From a virus (Duplodnaviria; Caudoviricetes), in the IMG/VR virus record IMGVR_UViG_3300016675_000040, positions 1-31,021 of that record: DNA of 31,021 nt. One strand, written 5' to 3'. Made by a program: the position numbers and the translations under genes. A model generated the notes under the pieces. The model made no database searches and was not told the DNA's origin. It saw nothing but the letters and a program-made list of their open reading frames with translations. Below, one piece after another: positions 17,339 to 26,190 of this stretch. Every line of letters starts with the position of its first letter. Position 1 is the stretch's first letter.

Positions 17339-19837
17339 TCAGATAACTGTGAGGTTGACCCGGATGCCCTGCTTCGGCCCCACGGCTACGCCCATGAAAT
17401 ACGCCTGGACGAAGAAGTCGAAAACAGCTGTTCCAGCGAGAACCGGGGCGTCCCCAAAGCCAAGATAGCGCGTGGCGGCGTTCGCAACGACGGCCGTACC
17501 GCCTTCGCGCTGGGAAACGAGCGGCAGTCGGAAGATTGAGTAGTTTTCTGCGGACGGCATCTCATCCGAGGTTGGGTTCCTCATCGCACTGACGTCTGTC
17601 GCCTCGGGCCACGAGGAACTGACGACATCCAGCGTGATATCAAAAGACCAGCGAGTGGCCTCACCCGCTGGGGCGCCAGTAACGATGTCGTAGGCGCACA
17701 CGAAACACTGTGCATCGTTCAGGCCCGGCTGGGTTCCGTCGGACGGCGTAGCTGTGTGTGACGTCCCGATGCCGACCATGAGAACGATAGCGCCGCGAGA
17801 CGTGACACGCGCTTGAATCGACGAACTCGCCCAAAGGCCGAGCGTGGTGGAAATGAACGCCTTGGACTTGTCGTACAGGACATCCATCTCCACTTGGTGG
17901 GGCTCCCCAGTGACCACGCTCGTAAGGGGTGATGTGTATGCTGGCAAGTCGCCGAGCGTGGCAACTTGGCCCACTCGTGTCGCGTACACGGGCGGGTTCG
18001 TGTAGTTCAAATGGCGCATTGCACTAAACTGCGTCCCCGCCACCAGTCGCTGGTTGGCGTTGGACACCTCGGCCATGAGGCGGATCTCGCCGCCACTCGG
18101 GCCGGACAGCACAAAAACACGAGTAGTAGGCAGTGAGCCCAGAGCAGGCGGGGTGCCCGTGTTTACTAGCGTCGCAACCAGTATGTCGTCGCCGGCGATG
18201 GCGTCGAATGTGGTGCCGTTGTGAGCCTCGCCCCGCGTGCCTGCCGGGACTCGCATGTAGACACGCATGGGGATACCGGTCGTGCTGGTGCCAACGCGCG
18301 CTCCCCGCAGTTCGAGCTGGAAGGTGTACGCCGTGTTTGGCTCCATCTTGAAGCTGCCCTTCCACAGGGGTATGCGACCGTCCACCAGGTAGACAGGGAA
18401 GTCCGCCCCATACATAACGGACCAAACCTCCCTGTGTGTTGACTCTATGACGATGGACCGCCCCGTGTCGGAGAAGCCCGCCTTGAGGTTGACCCCGTCA
18501 ACGATGAGGCCGCGTATCCGAGAGCGGTTCGTGTTGTCCTTTGGGCTGGCGACCGCGAACGCACCTGCGTCGGCCTCGGCCAGCACGTTAACGACCCACG
18601 GTGGGGCACTGTCACCGGTGGCGTCCAGCAAAACCTCGTTCATCTCATTTTTGATGACGAGCCCACGACCGTCGATGCGCTCGGCGGATAGCTGACCCGC
18701 ATTGATCTTGTCCGCGCTCAGATTCTGGATGTGCGCGTCAACGATCTGCGCATCGGCGATCATGGCGGTCTTGATCCATGCAGTACCAAGCCGGGCGACC
18801 AGGGCCTCCAGGTTCTTGATGTACGCGGCGTCCATGTAGACGCCCTTCGGGATAAGGACACCGTTGGCCGTTGTCACGTCGCTGGTCTGCACGACGAACG
18901 GCTTGACGCTGTTGACGCCTGTGACGCCTGCCTCTACGGGCGCGCCGATCCAGAACCGATCTGCGAGCACGCCGAAGTCCAGGGTCGCGCCCTGCGTGCT
19001 GGCGTCGCTGCCCAAGAGGCCAAAACCCCCCACCACTTGTCGACCGTCTACGGTCGTCATGGGTCGCAGGGTGTACGCGGTGCCCTGCCACAGCGTGGCA
19101 TACCAGGCGGTGACGGACATATCGTAGGCGTCACCCGACGTCACGGACGCGTCGTCAATCTTGGCTTTGAGCCCGGACGTCAGGATCGTGTCGTCGATCT
19201 GCCCGCTGAGAACATCGAGCAAAAGGGCCGGGTCTTGTCCCGTGGTGACAGTCAGGCCGTTGATCCCAGCAGTTGGCAGGGACTCAACACCGTCCTTACT
19301 GACGTGCGTAACCCAGAGGTGCCAGGTCGTAGCCGGGTTTGTCGGGTACGCGAACATGCGACCCTCGAAGCGAATAAGCTCGACGGCGTCGGCGAACAGG
19401 GGGAGCGGCCCGGTTCCACTGTACGAAACGCCGTACAGTATGCTGTAGGCATGGCCGTTACCCGCCGTGTAGGAAGGGTCGCCGATACCGCCCTGCAAGT
19501 GACTGAGCCCCGCGCCGCAGAAAAAGCCCGTCGGTGCTGGCGGTCGCGTGTAGTCCGGCACATAGACCGGCCCCGAGCCGCCGCCGGGCACGACGATGGT
19601 GGTTGTGCCGGAGCCCGAGCCGACTGACCGGCCTGGCCCAGCGATTGGCGAGCCTACACCGCTGACCAGGTAGGTCGGGTTGACCTTAATGATGCCCGAG
19701 TCCGTCAGGTCGCGTAGCGTGACGCCGCGATTCAGCAGGTCTCCATTGGTGCCAAGATACCCCTGCAAGACCTCACGGACGCGGGGCAGAAAGTTACTGG
19801 CGCTTACGGACGGGAGGTCTTTTCGGCTGTCGCTCAT
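17339..19837 (-). CDS. Tail fibre/tip protein with DUF1983 (lambda J-like) segment and variable C-terminal receptor-binding region, 832 aa
   Basis: GGFGL...DFGVLADRFWI...KPFVV...GVYMDAAYIKN...IKTAMIADAQI...LSADKINAG pattern and a beta-rich C-terminal half. Confidence 0.78.
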   Translation of the reverse strand: MSDSRKDLPSVSASNFLPRVREVLQGYLGTNGDLLNRGVTLRDLTDSGIIKVNPTYLVSGVGSPIAGPGRSVGSGSGTTTIVVPGGGSGPVYVPDYTRPPAPTGFFCGAGLSHLQGGIGDPSYTAGNGHAYSILYGVSYSGTGPLPLFADAVELIRFEGRMFAYPTNPATTWHLWVTHVSKDGVESLPTAGINGLTVTTGQDPALLLDVLSGQIDDTILTSGLKAKIDDASVTSGDAYDMSVTAWYATLWQGTAYTLRPMTTVDGRQVVGGFGLLGSDASTQGATLDFGVLADRFWIGAPVEAGVTGVNSVKPFVVQTSDVTTANGVLIPKGVYMDAAYIKNLEALVARLGTAWIKTAMIADAQIVDAHIQNLSADKINAGQLSAERIDGRGLVIKNEMNEVLLDATGDSAPPWVVNVLAEADAGAFAVASPKDNTNRSRIRGLIVDGVNLKAGFSDTGRSIVIESTHREVWSVMYGADFPVYLVDGRIPLWKGSFKMEPNTAYTFQLELRGARVGTSTTGIPMRVYMRVPAGTRGEAHNGTTFDAIAGDDILVATLVNTGTPPALGSLPTTRVFVLSGPSGGEIRLMAEVSNANQRLVAGTQFSAMRHLNYTNPPVYATRVGQVATLGDLPAYTSPLTSVVTGEPHQVEMDVLYDKSKAFISTTLGLWASSSIQARVTSRGAIVLMVGIGTSHTATPSDGTQPGLNDAQCFVCAYDIVTGAPAGEATRWSFDITLDVVSSSWPEATDVSAMRNPTSDEMPSAENYSIFRLPLVSQREGGTAVVANAATRYLGFGDAPVLAGTAVFDFFVQAYFMGVAVGPKQGIRVNLTVI

Positions 19838-21465
19838 ACTTGCCCCAGTTCCTCAAGGCTGTGTGCCATCGCCACGGACTGCACGGCGCCAGTGGCAAGA
19901 ACCTCCATCTGGAACTCTTGGGCGTGGTAGCCGCCTGGTAGACGGATGGGTTCGGGTGATGTGACCAGGCCATAGAAAACCTGCTCACCGTCGGCAGTGA
20001 TCGTCAGCAGTGCCGGGTACTTGTCACCGATGACCTGGGCGCACGAGGGGGCCGGGATAGGACGTGGCGTGCGAAACAGGCGGCTTCGGAACGACACACT
20101 GCGGTTGGTTGCGGCGGAGTCCCACTTCTTGATCTGGTTGTTGTCCAGGATGTAAAGCGCGTCTTGCAGGTCGTCGGTGTAGGCCGCGATAAAGCCGATG
20201 TCTGTGAAGTAGATGCCTGCGGGGTTGGACGGGTCCAGAACGAAGCCATACCGCGTGCTGCCCGACTTGTAGGAGGCAACGTAGCGCCCATCGAACATGC
20301 ACGCCACGATGCTGGAGGGGTCGAGTGCCAGCCAGTCGTCGCGGTCAAGAATTCCTGCGGTAAGCAGGCGCGGGCCGCCTGCCCCAACGTACGCAAGGCC
20401 ATCGGGCGAGGCCCAGGCAACACCGTGGCCCATGTTGACGACCGAACGCACCGACAGGCAGGCCTGGACGAAGTCAACCGGCAGCTCGTCCATAGAGTCT
20501 GGGGCAGTGCCGGACAGGATCATCGGCGCCCCGTTTGTCAGCACGACCAGGTTCTGGCCGAAGGAGCCGAGCGCAACGGGGCTGTAGTCCAGTGGCACGT
20601 ATTCGTAGGCGATTGGCCACGCGTAAGCGACATTGGGCTCACAGAGGCGGACGCCGCGCCCCGAGATACCGGCCATCATCCCACCCCACAAACCGATGAG
20701 GCACTTGAGGTCGGCAGGGGGCGGCAGCCAGGTCTTGGTCTCCAGTGCTTCCTGGAGTTGGCGGTTGTCGTCTGTGACGGTGGTCAGGCCCGCGACCAAT
20801 TCCTCACGAAGGAAGAAGAAGGCTGTTGTGTCCGACCCGGTCTGTGTCCGGTAGATGCGGACCCGATTGATGGTCGACTCATACCCGAGCGGCGGTGCGG
20901 CAAAGCCTCCCAGCACGGCCTCGTCGTTGACGTAGCGCACGAGTCGGGCTGAAACCGGGGCGGGGGCGCTCTCCTCGCCATCGACCGTCACATAGGTGTA
21001 TGTGTAGTAGTAGTCACCGGGGAAAAGGCCAGTGTGGTCGCCCTCAGTTCCGAGCGTCGCGGTCATGGCCGTAGTGGGTGCCGGAACCCCCAGCTTGCGA
21101 AAGCTTGCGGGGTAGGACGCCCCGGCCAGAGCCTTGGTCTGGTCCGTCCATCGAGGCTCGCCGTTGCCGGTGTAGTAAGTGCGCTCCTGTGTGTCCACCG
21201 CGTTCGGCCCGCGCACGACGTGAACAGGCTCGGTTCCCGGCCAGGTCAGCCAGTAATCCGTGTCGCTCACCATATCCCGACCCATCCGGTAGATCGAGGT
21301 GGTCCCCGCCGCGACCGTTTTGACGGTGAGCGGGTTCTTCCAGGGGCGCAGGTCACCCTTGGCCGGTTTCTGGTTCACGGACAGCGTGCCCGCCACCTCC
21401 GGGATCAGTGTGGGGTGCAGCGCACGGTTCTCGCCAGCGAACGCCGCCATTCGGAACAAAGCCAT
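19834..21465 (-). CDS. Tail nozzle/stabilisation protein (P22 gp10/T7 gp12-like beta-propeller), 543 aa
   Basis: Size, position, beta-rich repeats, YYYTYTYVT..GEESAP and EP...YAWP motifs. Confidence 0.65.
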   Translation of the reverse strand: MALFRMAAFAGENRALHPTLIPEVAGTLSVNQKPAKGDLRPWKNPLTVKTVAAGTTSIYRMGRDMVSDTDYWLTWPGTEPVHVVRGPNAVDTQERTYYTGNGEPRWTDQTKALAGASYPASFRKLGVPAPTTAMTATLGTEGDHTGLFPGDYYYTYTYVTVDGEESAPAPVSARLVRYVNDEAVLGGFAAPPLGYESTINRVRIYRTQTGSDTTAFFFLREELVAGLTTVTDDNRQLQEALETKTWLPPPADLKCLIGLWGGMMAGISGRGVRLCEPNVAYAWPIAYEYVPLDYSPVALGSFGQNLVVLTNGAPMILSGTAPDSMDELPVDFVQACLSVRSVVNMGHGVAWASPDGLAYVGAGGPRLLTAGILDRDDWLALDPSSIVACMFDGRYVASYKSGSTRYGFVLDPSNPAGIYFTDIGFIAAYTDDLQDALYILDNNQIKKWDSAATNRSVSFRSRLFRTPRPIPAPSCAQVIGDKYPALLTITADGEQVFYGLVTSPEPIRLPGGYHAQEFQMEVLATGAVQSVAMAHSLEELGQV

Positions 21466-21935
21466 CAGTCGGCCTCCTTGGGGAAAGCGTCGATCATCAG
21501 TTGGACATCACTCGCGTGGCCTGTAGCCGCTCGCGCCGTTTCTGTGAGTTCCGCTTCACACTCTCCGTATAGGTCACTGACGGTATCGGCGTACTCACGG
21601 AGGGCATCGACGGGAGCGTTGGCGATACGACGCTTGGCTTCGGACAGGTCGCTGTGCAACCGCTGAAGCTCACCACGAGCAGCAGCAAGAGCCAGCGCAT
21701 TGGCGTTGGCGCGTTCATTTGCGAGCTGGATTGCATGGTCCTTGTCCTTCTGCATGCGGATGGTGTCTGCGTGTACGGCCTCCAGGGCTTTTCCGTACTC
21801 CTGGGCCGCTTTGGTCTGCGCCGCCTGGTGGTCGAGCTGGAGCTGCAAAATGGAAGCGTCATGGCGTGTGTCCATGACGTACCAGGTCAGCAGCGATGGC
21901 AGGACAGCGGCCAGGATCAGGGCGGCGATACGCAT
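21465..21935 (-). CDS. Rz: Inner-membrane spanin (Rz-like), 156 aa
   Basis: N-terminal TM MRIAALILAAVLPSLLTWY followed by a coiled coil. Overlaps the endolysin 3' end. Confidence 0.85.
   Translation of the reverse strand: MRIAALILAAVLPSLLTWYVMDTRHDASILQLQLDHQAAQTKAAQEYGKALEAVHADTIRMQKDKDHAIQLANERANANALALAAARGELQRLHSDLSEAKRRIANAPVDALREYADTVSDLYGECEAELTETARAATGHASDVQLMIDAFPKEAD
21497..21700 (-). CDS. Rz1: Outer-membrane lipoprotein spanin (Rz1-like) embedded in Rz, 67 aa
   Basis: MRWLLLLLVVSFSG-C lipobox and Pro-rich mature part, lying fully inside Rz in another frame. Confidence 0.85.
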   Translation of the reverse strand: MRWLLLLLVVSFSGCTATCPKPSVVSPTLPSMPSVSTPIPSVTYTESVKRNSQKRRERLQATRVMSN

Positions 21936-22426
21936 TTCTCGTGCCTCTTGAGTTGGCGGTCCCAGACGCCAGCGCACCGCTTGTTTCCGGGGGTAGAGCA
22001 GTCATAGCCGCCAGAGAACTTGTAGAGCAGGAGCGCGTCGCAGGCTTTGCGGTACTCACCGGCCAGCACGTGGCGGCGCATTGAGGAGCGAGACCAGGCG
22101 CCCGTGCCGTACTGATAAACCCAGTCCATGTAGACGTCGTACTCGTGCTGATGGAGGCTGGCGCCTTCAAGCGACTTCCTGAAGATGGCTTCCTCGCGTG
22201 CGACGTGGGCTTGCACGGTGATCAGCGCCCGCACGGGGTCGGTCTTGTCGCCCAGCTTCACGGGGCGCCCGTCAGCGTGAAAGGTTGAGCCAAAGCCGAG
22301 CGTTGGGCGGTCGTTCTTGGTGGGGATCATGGCCTCACCGACGTAGCCCTCGCTGACAACCTTGCCGATAAGGGCCGCCGCGCTCAGCGTGAGCGCTGCC
22401 ACAACCATGCGGGCGCGGTCAGCCAT
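21917..22426 (-). CDS. SAR endolysin, GH24 (T4-like) lysozyme, 169 aa
   Basis: Weakly hydrophobic N-terminal VVAALTLSAAALIG, then SEGY...PTLGFGST, YQYGTG, ACDALL and C-terminal GVWDRQ..RH..C. Confidence 0.9.
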   Translation of the reverse strand: MADRARMVVAALTLSAAALIGKVVSEGYVGEAMIPTKNDRPTLGFGSTFHADGRPVKLGDKTDPVRALITVQAHVAREEAIFRKSLEGASLHQHEYDVYMDWVYQYGTGAWSRSSMRRHVLAGEYRKACDALLLYKFSGGYDCSTPGNKRCAGVWDRQLKRHEKCVSPP

Positions 22427-22472
22427 TGATGAGCTTCCACCAAAGGTAGGGCCACAGAACGAACAGGTACAT
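22419..22472 (-). CDS. 17-aa hydrophobic micro-ORF between holin and endolysin (MYLFVLWPYLWWKLING)
   Basis: GAGGAG 6 nt before the ATG at 22472. Its 3' end overlaps the endolysin start (ATGGCTGA). Confidence 0.55.
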   Translation of the reverse strand: MYLFVLWPYLWWKLING

Positions 22473-22482
22473 GCTCAGCTCC

Positions 22483-22767
22483 TCAGTAAAGCCCCATGCG
22501 GGCTGCGTGCTCGGCCCGCTCGCGGGCTGCGGCTTCCTCGCGGAGACGGATCTCCACCATCGTCAGGCGGTGCTTGTAGTACCACTGGATGCACAGCCCC
22601 AGCAGGCCGATGACCATGCCGAAGATGACGCCAAGTGTGTTCATGGTCAGACCGCCAAGAGCTGCCGCGGCCCCGCCGGACAGCCCCATACCGACGCCGA
22701 CCTTGCTCATGGCTGCGTCGGAGGCGGATTGGGCCAGTTGTACGGTAGTGCTTGTGGTGTCGCTCAT
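22483..22767 (-). CDS. Holin (two TM segments, pinholin-like), 94 aa
   Basis: Gly-rich TM1, TM2 LGVIFGMVIGLLGLCIQWYYK, charged C-terminal tail, upstream of a SAR endolysin. Confidence 0.82.
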   Translation of the reverse strand: MSDTTSTTVQLAQSASDAAMSKVGVGMGLSGGAAAALGGLTMNTLGVIFGMVIGLLGLCIQWYYKHRLTMVEIRLREEAAARERAEHAARMGLY

Positions 22768-22772
22768 ACTGC

Positions 22773-23450
22773 TCAGCTACTGCTCAGTGGGGTGGGTTTG
22801 CTGGTGGGTCCAACTGTGACCGTGGCGGCGACCTCGGTGCCCAAGCCCTTGGCGAAGGCGTCGTAGTAGGCACTGGCCCGCTGTGCGTTGGACGCAGTCT
22901 CACTGTCTTTCGCGTACGCACGGAACAGCAGGTAGTTCACCAGTGCGTTGGTCATGACCTCGGGAAGATTCGACACGTCGACCACACCTTCGATGTCGGT
23001 CGCGCCAACAGGCTCCGTGATCTGTGTGGGTAGCTCCGCACAGAGCGCATGAACTTGCGTGCCGGCCACAGCCGGGGGGTAGACGTGAAACTCACGCGGA
23101 GTGCGCGGGTCGAACATGAAGTGGATGATGGTGCCCGACGGCGTGCGGTTGGCCCAGTCTGGGTCAACAGCGTCGAGAACCTCCATCGGGCACTGCGTGA
23201 TGGCACGACTGCCGGTCGCGTTGCGGCGCAGGTCAAGCAGCTTCACGAAGCCCGCTTGCAGGGTCTGCTTCGCCCCTTGTGTCAGGGTAAGAGTGACGTT
23301 TTTTGCTGTGGCGTCTGGACGTGGGACCAGGACTTCTCGGCAGCCATCGTTGAAGTAGCGCACCAGCTCGGGCACGGTCCAGCGAACGAACGTGGGGTCT
23401 TGCAGTGCCTCCGAGGCCTGCTTGATGACGTATTTCGGGTCGATGCTCAT
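22773..23450 (-). CDS. Head-tail adaptor-like virion protein (DUF6682-like), 225 aa
   Basis: LQD...VRWT..EL..YFNDG and ALVNYLLFRAYAKD motifs. Start placed at MSID. Confidence 0.7.
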   Translation of the reverse strand: MSIDPKYVIKQASEALQDPTFVRWTVPELVRYFNDGCREVLVPRPDATAKNVTLTLTQGAKQTLQAGFVKLLDLRRNATGSRAITQCPMEVLDAVDPDWANRTPSGTIIHFMFDPRTPREFHVYPPAVAGTQVHALCAELPTQITEPVGATDIEGVVDVSNLPEVMTNALVNYLLFRAYAKDSETASNAQRASAYYDAFAKGLGTEVAATVTVGPTSKPTPLSSS

Positions 23451-23460
23451 GGTGCCGGCC

Positions 23461-24075
23461 TCAAGCAAATCGGTTGAAACGCACGCGGCTGCTGCTGCGC
23501 ACGCGCGAACGGCCTGCTTCGGTGCGGGCTTCGTTCATCTTGCTGCGGTACGCTGCTCCGGCGGTTGCGGCGACGACTGGATTGGTGAACGGCTGGTCGG
23601 GGATGCTGGCGATATGGAAAGCGGCCAGGGCCACGACGCCCTCAACCCACTCATCGAACAGCTCGTCCGGTAGGTCGGTGGCCGTTCTGGTCGGTTCAAT
23701 GGCGACATCCAGGAACAGGATGGCCGTCTCGGTCTCGTCCGGTGCAGGGTACAGGCGGACGCTGGTCGCGCTCGGGCTGCTGATGCTGCTGGGAACTCCG
23801 AGTGCGCCGTCGTTGGGCTGGCTGCCTGCACTGGTAAGCGGGCGACCACGATAGCTCGCAGCCAGGACTCGGGTGATGCGCGTGCCGACTGGCAGTGCTG
23901 GTGCGTAGTCGCGCACACCGGAAACCACGTCCACGGGAGTCAGTGTGCGCTGCACGGCTTCTGTGTCGCGGCAGAACTGGATGGCCGCGTCGCGCAGGGC
24001 CTGGTCGGCAAGCGGCCTGGGGCACGAAGGCACCCAAACCATCAGGCGGGACAAGAAAGATTCCAGTGTGGCCAT
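23461..24075 (-). CDS. Adaptor-like virion protein, 204 aa
   Basis: VPSCP...AL..AA..FC, VRLYPAPD, IPDQPFTNP; lies directly after the capsid gene. Confidence 0.65.
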   Translation of the reverse strand: MATLESFLSRLMVWVPSCPRPLADQALRDAAIQFCRDTEAVQRTLTPVDVVSGVRDYAPALPVGTRITRVLAASYRGRPLTSAGSQPNDGALGVPSSISSPSATSVRLYPAPDETETAILFLDVAIEPTRTATDLPDELFDEWVEGVVALAAFHIASIPDQPFTNPVVAATAGAAYRSKMNEARTEAGRSRVRSSSRVRFNRFA

Positions 24076-24087
24076 CGTCGCTCGCGC

Positions 24088-24119
24088 AAAGAAAAACGCC
24101 GACCAGTGACGGTCGGCGT
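24088..24119 (-). terminator. Intrinsic terminator after the major capsid gene
   Basis: On the - strand ACGCCGACC-GTCACT-GGTCGGCGT followed by TTTTCTTT. Confidence 0.88.
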
Positions 24120-24123
24120 CAGT

Positions 24124-24163
24124 CTAACACGTTAGCTTGCAGGGAAGCAAACTACCGTGTTAC
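24124..24163 (-). promoter_or_regulatory. One perfect and one degenerate operator-like motif between capsid stop and terminator
   Basis: + strand CTAACACGTTAG at 24124-24135 and CTACCGTGTTAC (10/12) at 24152-24163. Confidence 0.65.
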
Positions 24164-24170
24164 TCGCTCA

Positions 24171-25157
24171 TCAGGCAGCGATCAGCACGGTCATGGCGTC
24201 AGCCTTGACCACCTTCGAGCCGTACACGTTCAGCGAACGGATGTAGTCGCCGAAGTCCTGGGTGTTGCGTACGGTCTCCATCTTCGTGATCTGCGAAGCG
24301 AAGGTCAGCGCGGACTTGTGACCTGCCACGATGGCGCGGCGGGCCAGACCCGAGGTACTGGTGATGCTGTTGTCCGAACCGTCACCCGACACCCAGGGGG
24401 TATTGGCGCCGGCCACGGCCTTGGGCAGCTGGTTGGTCACGTACACCTTGAAGCGGTCGATGGTGCCGATCAGGCCGTTGCGAACGATGGAGGTGTTGTC
24501 ACCCATGAAGTTCGCTTGGGCCAGGTTCGACTGCATCAGCAGCGAGCGGGTGAACGGGTCGATCAGCAGCCAGCGATCCGAGTCGGGCAGGTTCTGCTCG
24601 TCCATCACGGAGGCCATGTGCAGGATTTTCTCCAGCACGTTGCCACTGGTCAGGGTCACAGGGGCCGTGTCGGTGCCCAGGTTGTACTTGCCGGACTTGG
24701 CGCCTGCGGTGGCACCTTTGTTGGCGGTAGCAGCCTGGTTGAAGGCGCGGTACAGCACGTCCGAGTCGATGGCGATGCGCATTTGTTGCGCAGCGTCAGC
24801 CGAGAAGACGTCGATCAGGTTGGGCTTGGACTGGTACTCCAGCACGTCGTTCACCTGGAAGGCGAAATACTTGCCCTTGTCGATCAGCAGCTCCTGGGCG
24901 TCGGGGGTCGGAACTTGGTAGCTCAGACCGGCGCCGGGAACGTAGTTCGACACGGTCAGGGTGGGGGGCGTGTTGATCACGACCTTGTCACCCATGTTGC
25001 TGATTTCGCCCTGCCAGTCAGTGTTGGCGATGTCGCCGAACACGGTCGTGGCGTAGAACTTGGCGTTCATCTTCGCCGACCAGATGGTCGGGATGAAGGC
25101 GCCGGAGTACGACGGGTTGGTGTTGAAGGGAGCTTGAACGGGGTAAACGGCGGGCAT
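24171..25157 (-). CDS. Major capsid protein (HK97 fold), 328 aa
   Basis: FIPTIWSAK, WQGEI..MGDKV.I, LLIDKGKYFAF.V.D, FGDYIRSLNVYG. Strong codon bias and GGAG RBS, followed by a terminator. Confidence 0.93.
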   Translation of the reverse strand: MPAVYPVQAPFNTNPSYSGAFIPTIWSAKMNAKFYATTVFGDIANTDWQGEISNMGDKVVINTPPTLTVSNYVPGAGLSYQVPTPDAQELLIDKGKYFAFQVNDVLEYQSKPNLIDVFSADAAQQMRIAIDSDVLYRAFNQAATANKGATAGAKSGKYNLGTDTAPVTLTSGNVLEKILHMASVMDEQNLPDSDRWLLIDPFTRSLLMQSNLAQANFMGDNTSIVRNGLIGTIDRFKVYVTNQLPKAVAGANTPWVSGDGSDNSITSTSGLARRAIVAGHKSALTFASQITKMETVRNTQDFGDYIRSLNVYGSKVVKADAMTVLIAA

Positions 25158-25198
25158 GTGCTTCTCCAGGTGGATTGCCTACCCCTGCGGGCCGCTCG

Positions 25199-26125
25199 TC
25201 AGACGATGCGACCTTCAGCCAGGGCGGCGTTGTACGTCTGCTCCAGAGCTGCTGCTTCCGCCTCACGGCCTCGGTACTCGCCGCGTTGAACGGCGCGGTA
25301 GAAGGCCTGGACCTCGGCAACAGTGAAGGTGACACGTGCCGGAGTCGGTGCGGGCGTGGAAGCGGTGCTTCGCGGAGCCACTTGCTTATCGAGCTTCGTG
25401 GCCGCAGGGGTCGTCGGTGCCGGTGCCTGAAGCGTTGCCTTGTAGGCCAGGAAGATCGCTGCAACGCGCTCTGCGTCGCGGGCGTCACCGGCCTTGGTCA
25501 AGGCATCCTGACGGGGCAGGCCGTAGACCGGGTCGATCTCGTCGAGCCAGGCCAGGAATCCGTCGCTGGTGTTGATCGACTCGTAGTCCGGCACTCGGAC
25601 CTTGAGGCGCTCCAGGAAGATTTCATCCGTGGTCTTGGCAACGGCGTTGGCTGTGCCTTGCAGGTGCTGTTCGATGGCGGTGAGACGCTGGTCAAACTGC
25701 TGGGCCACGCCTGCGTAAGCCGCGAGGGTGACGCGCCGGACCATGTCCACCATGTCAGCTCCGAAAACTTCTGCGTCCTTGGGGTCGACCTGAACCTCGG
25801 GCTCGGGCTTCTTGGTCTCCAAGCTGGCTTTCAGTTGATTGATCAACTGATCCTGCTCAGTGAGACGGGCCTTCAAGTCCGCGATGTGCCGGTTGTGGAT
25901 GCCTTGCAGCGTGCGGTACTTGTGCTCCCAGGGGTCAGGTTGCGCAACCTGCGGCTGGGGGTCGGCTGGGGCCGGAGCGGGGGCCGGTTCGACCGGAGGG
26001 GTCGGTTCTGCGTTCGCGGTAGGGGTCGGCTGTGCGCCGGTCGTTTCACCTTGGGCTTGCGCTTGTGCCATCAGGGTGTCGGCGGCGTCCAGTTGAGCCT
26101 GGATGCGGGAGGGCAGAGTCGTCAT
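25199..26125 (-). CDS. Capsid scaffolding protein, 308 aa
   Basis: Immediately upstream of the capsid gene. Pro/Ala/Gln-rich N-terminus, WEHKYRTLQG coiled coil, C-terminal AALAEGRI. Confidence 0.85.
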   Translation of the reverse strand: MTTLPSRIQAQLDAADTLMAQAQAQGETTGAQPTPTANAEPTPPVEPAPAPAPADPQPQVAQPDPWEHKYRTLQGIHNRHIADLKARLTEQDQLINQLKASLETKKPEPEVQVDPKDAEVFGADMVDMVRRVTLAAYAGVAQQFDQRLTAIEQHLQGTANAVAKTTDEIFLERLKVRVPDYESINTSDGFLAWLDEIDPVYGLPRQDALTKAGDARDAERVAAIFLAYKATLQAPAPTTPAATKLDKQVAPRSTASTPAPTPARVTFTVAEVQAFYRAVQRGEYRGREAEAAALEQTYNAALAEGRIV

Positions 26126-26190
26126 GTGTGTTCCTGGGCCAGTGGCCTGTCAGGTGGGTTGACCGCTTTCGCGGGGTTGGATGTGCTGGA

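Noticed and set aside
24160-24180. Capsid read-through or frameshift extension (T7 10B-like)
   Set aside because: Tandem TGA TGA stops, no slippery heptamer, and a terminator follows.
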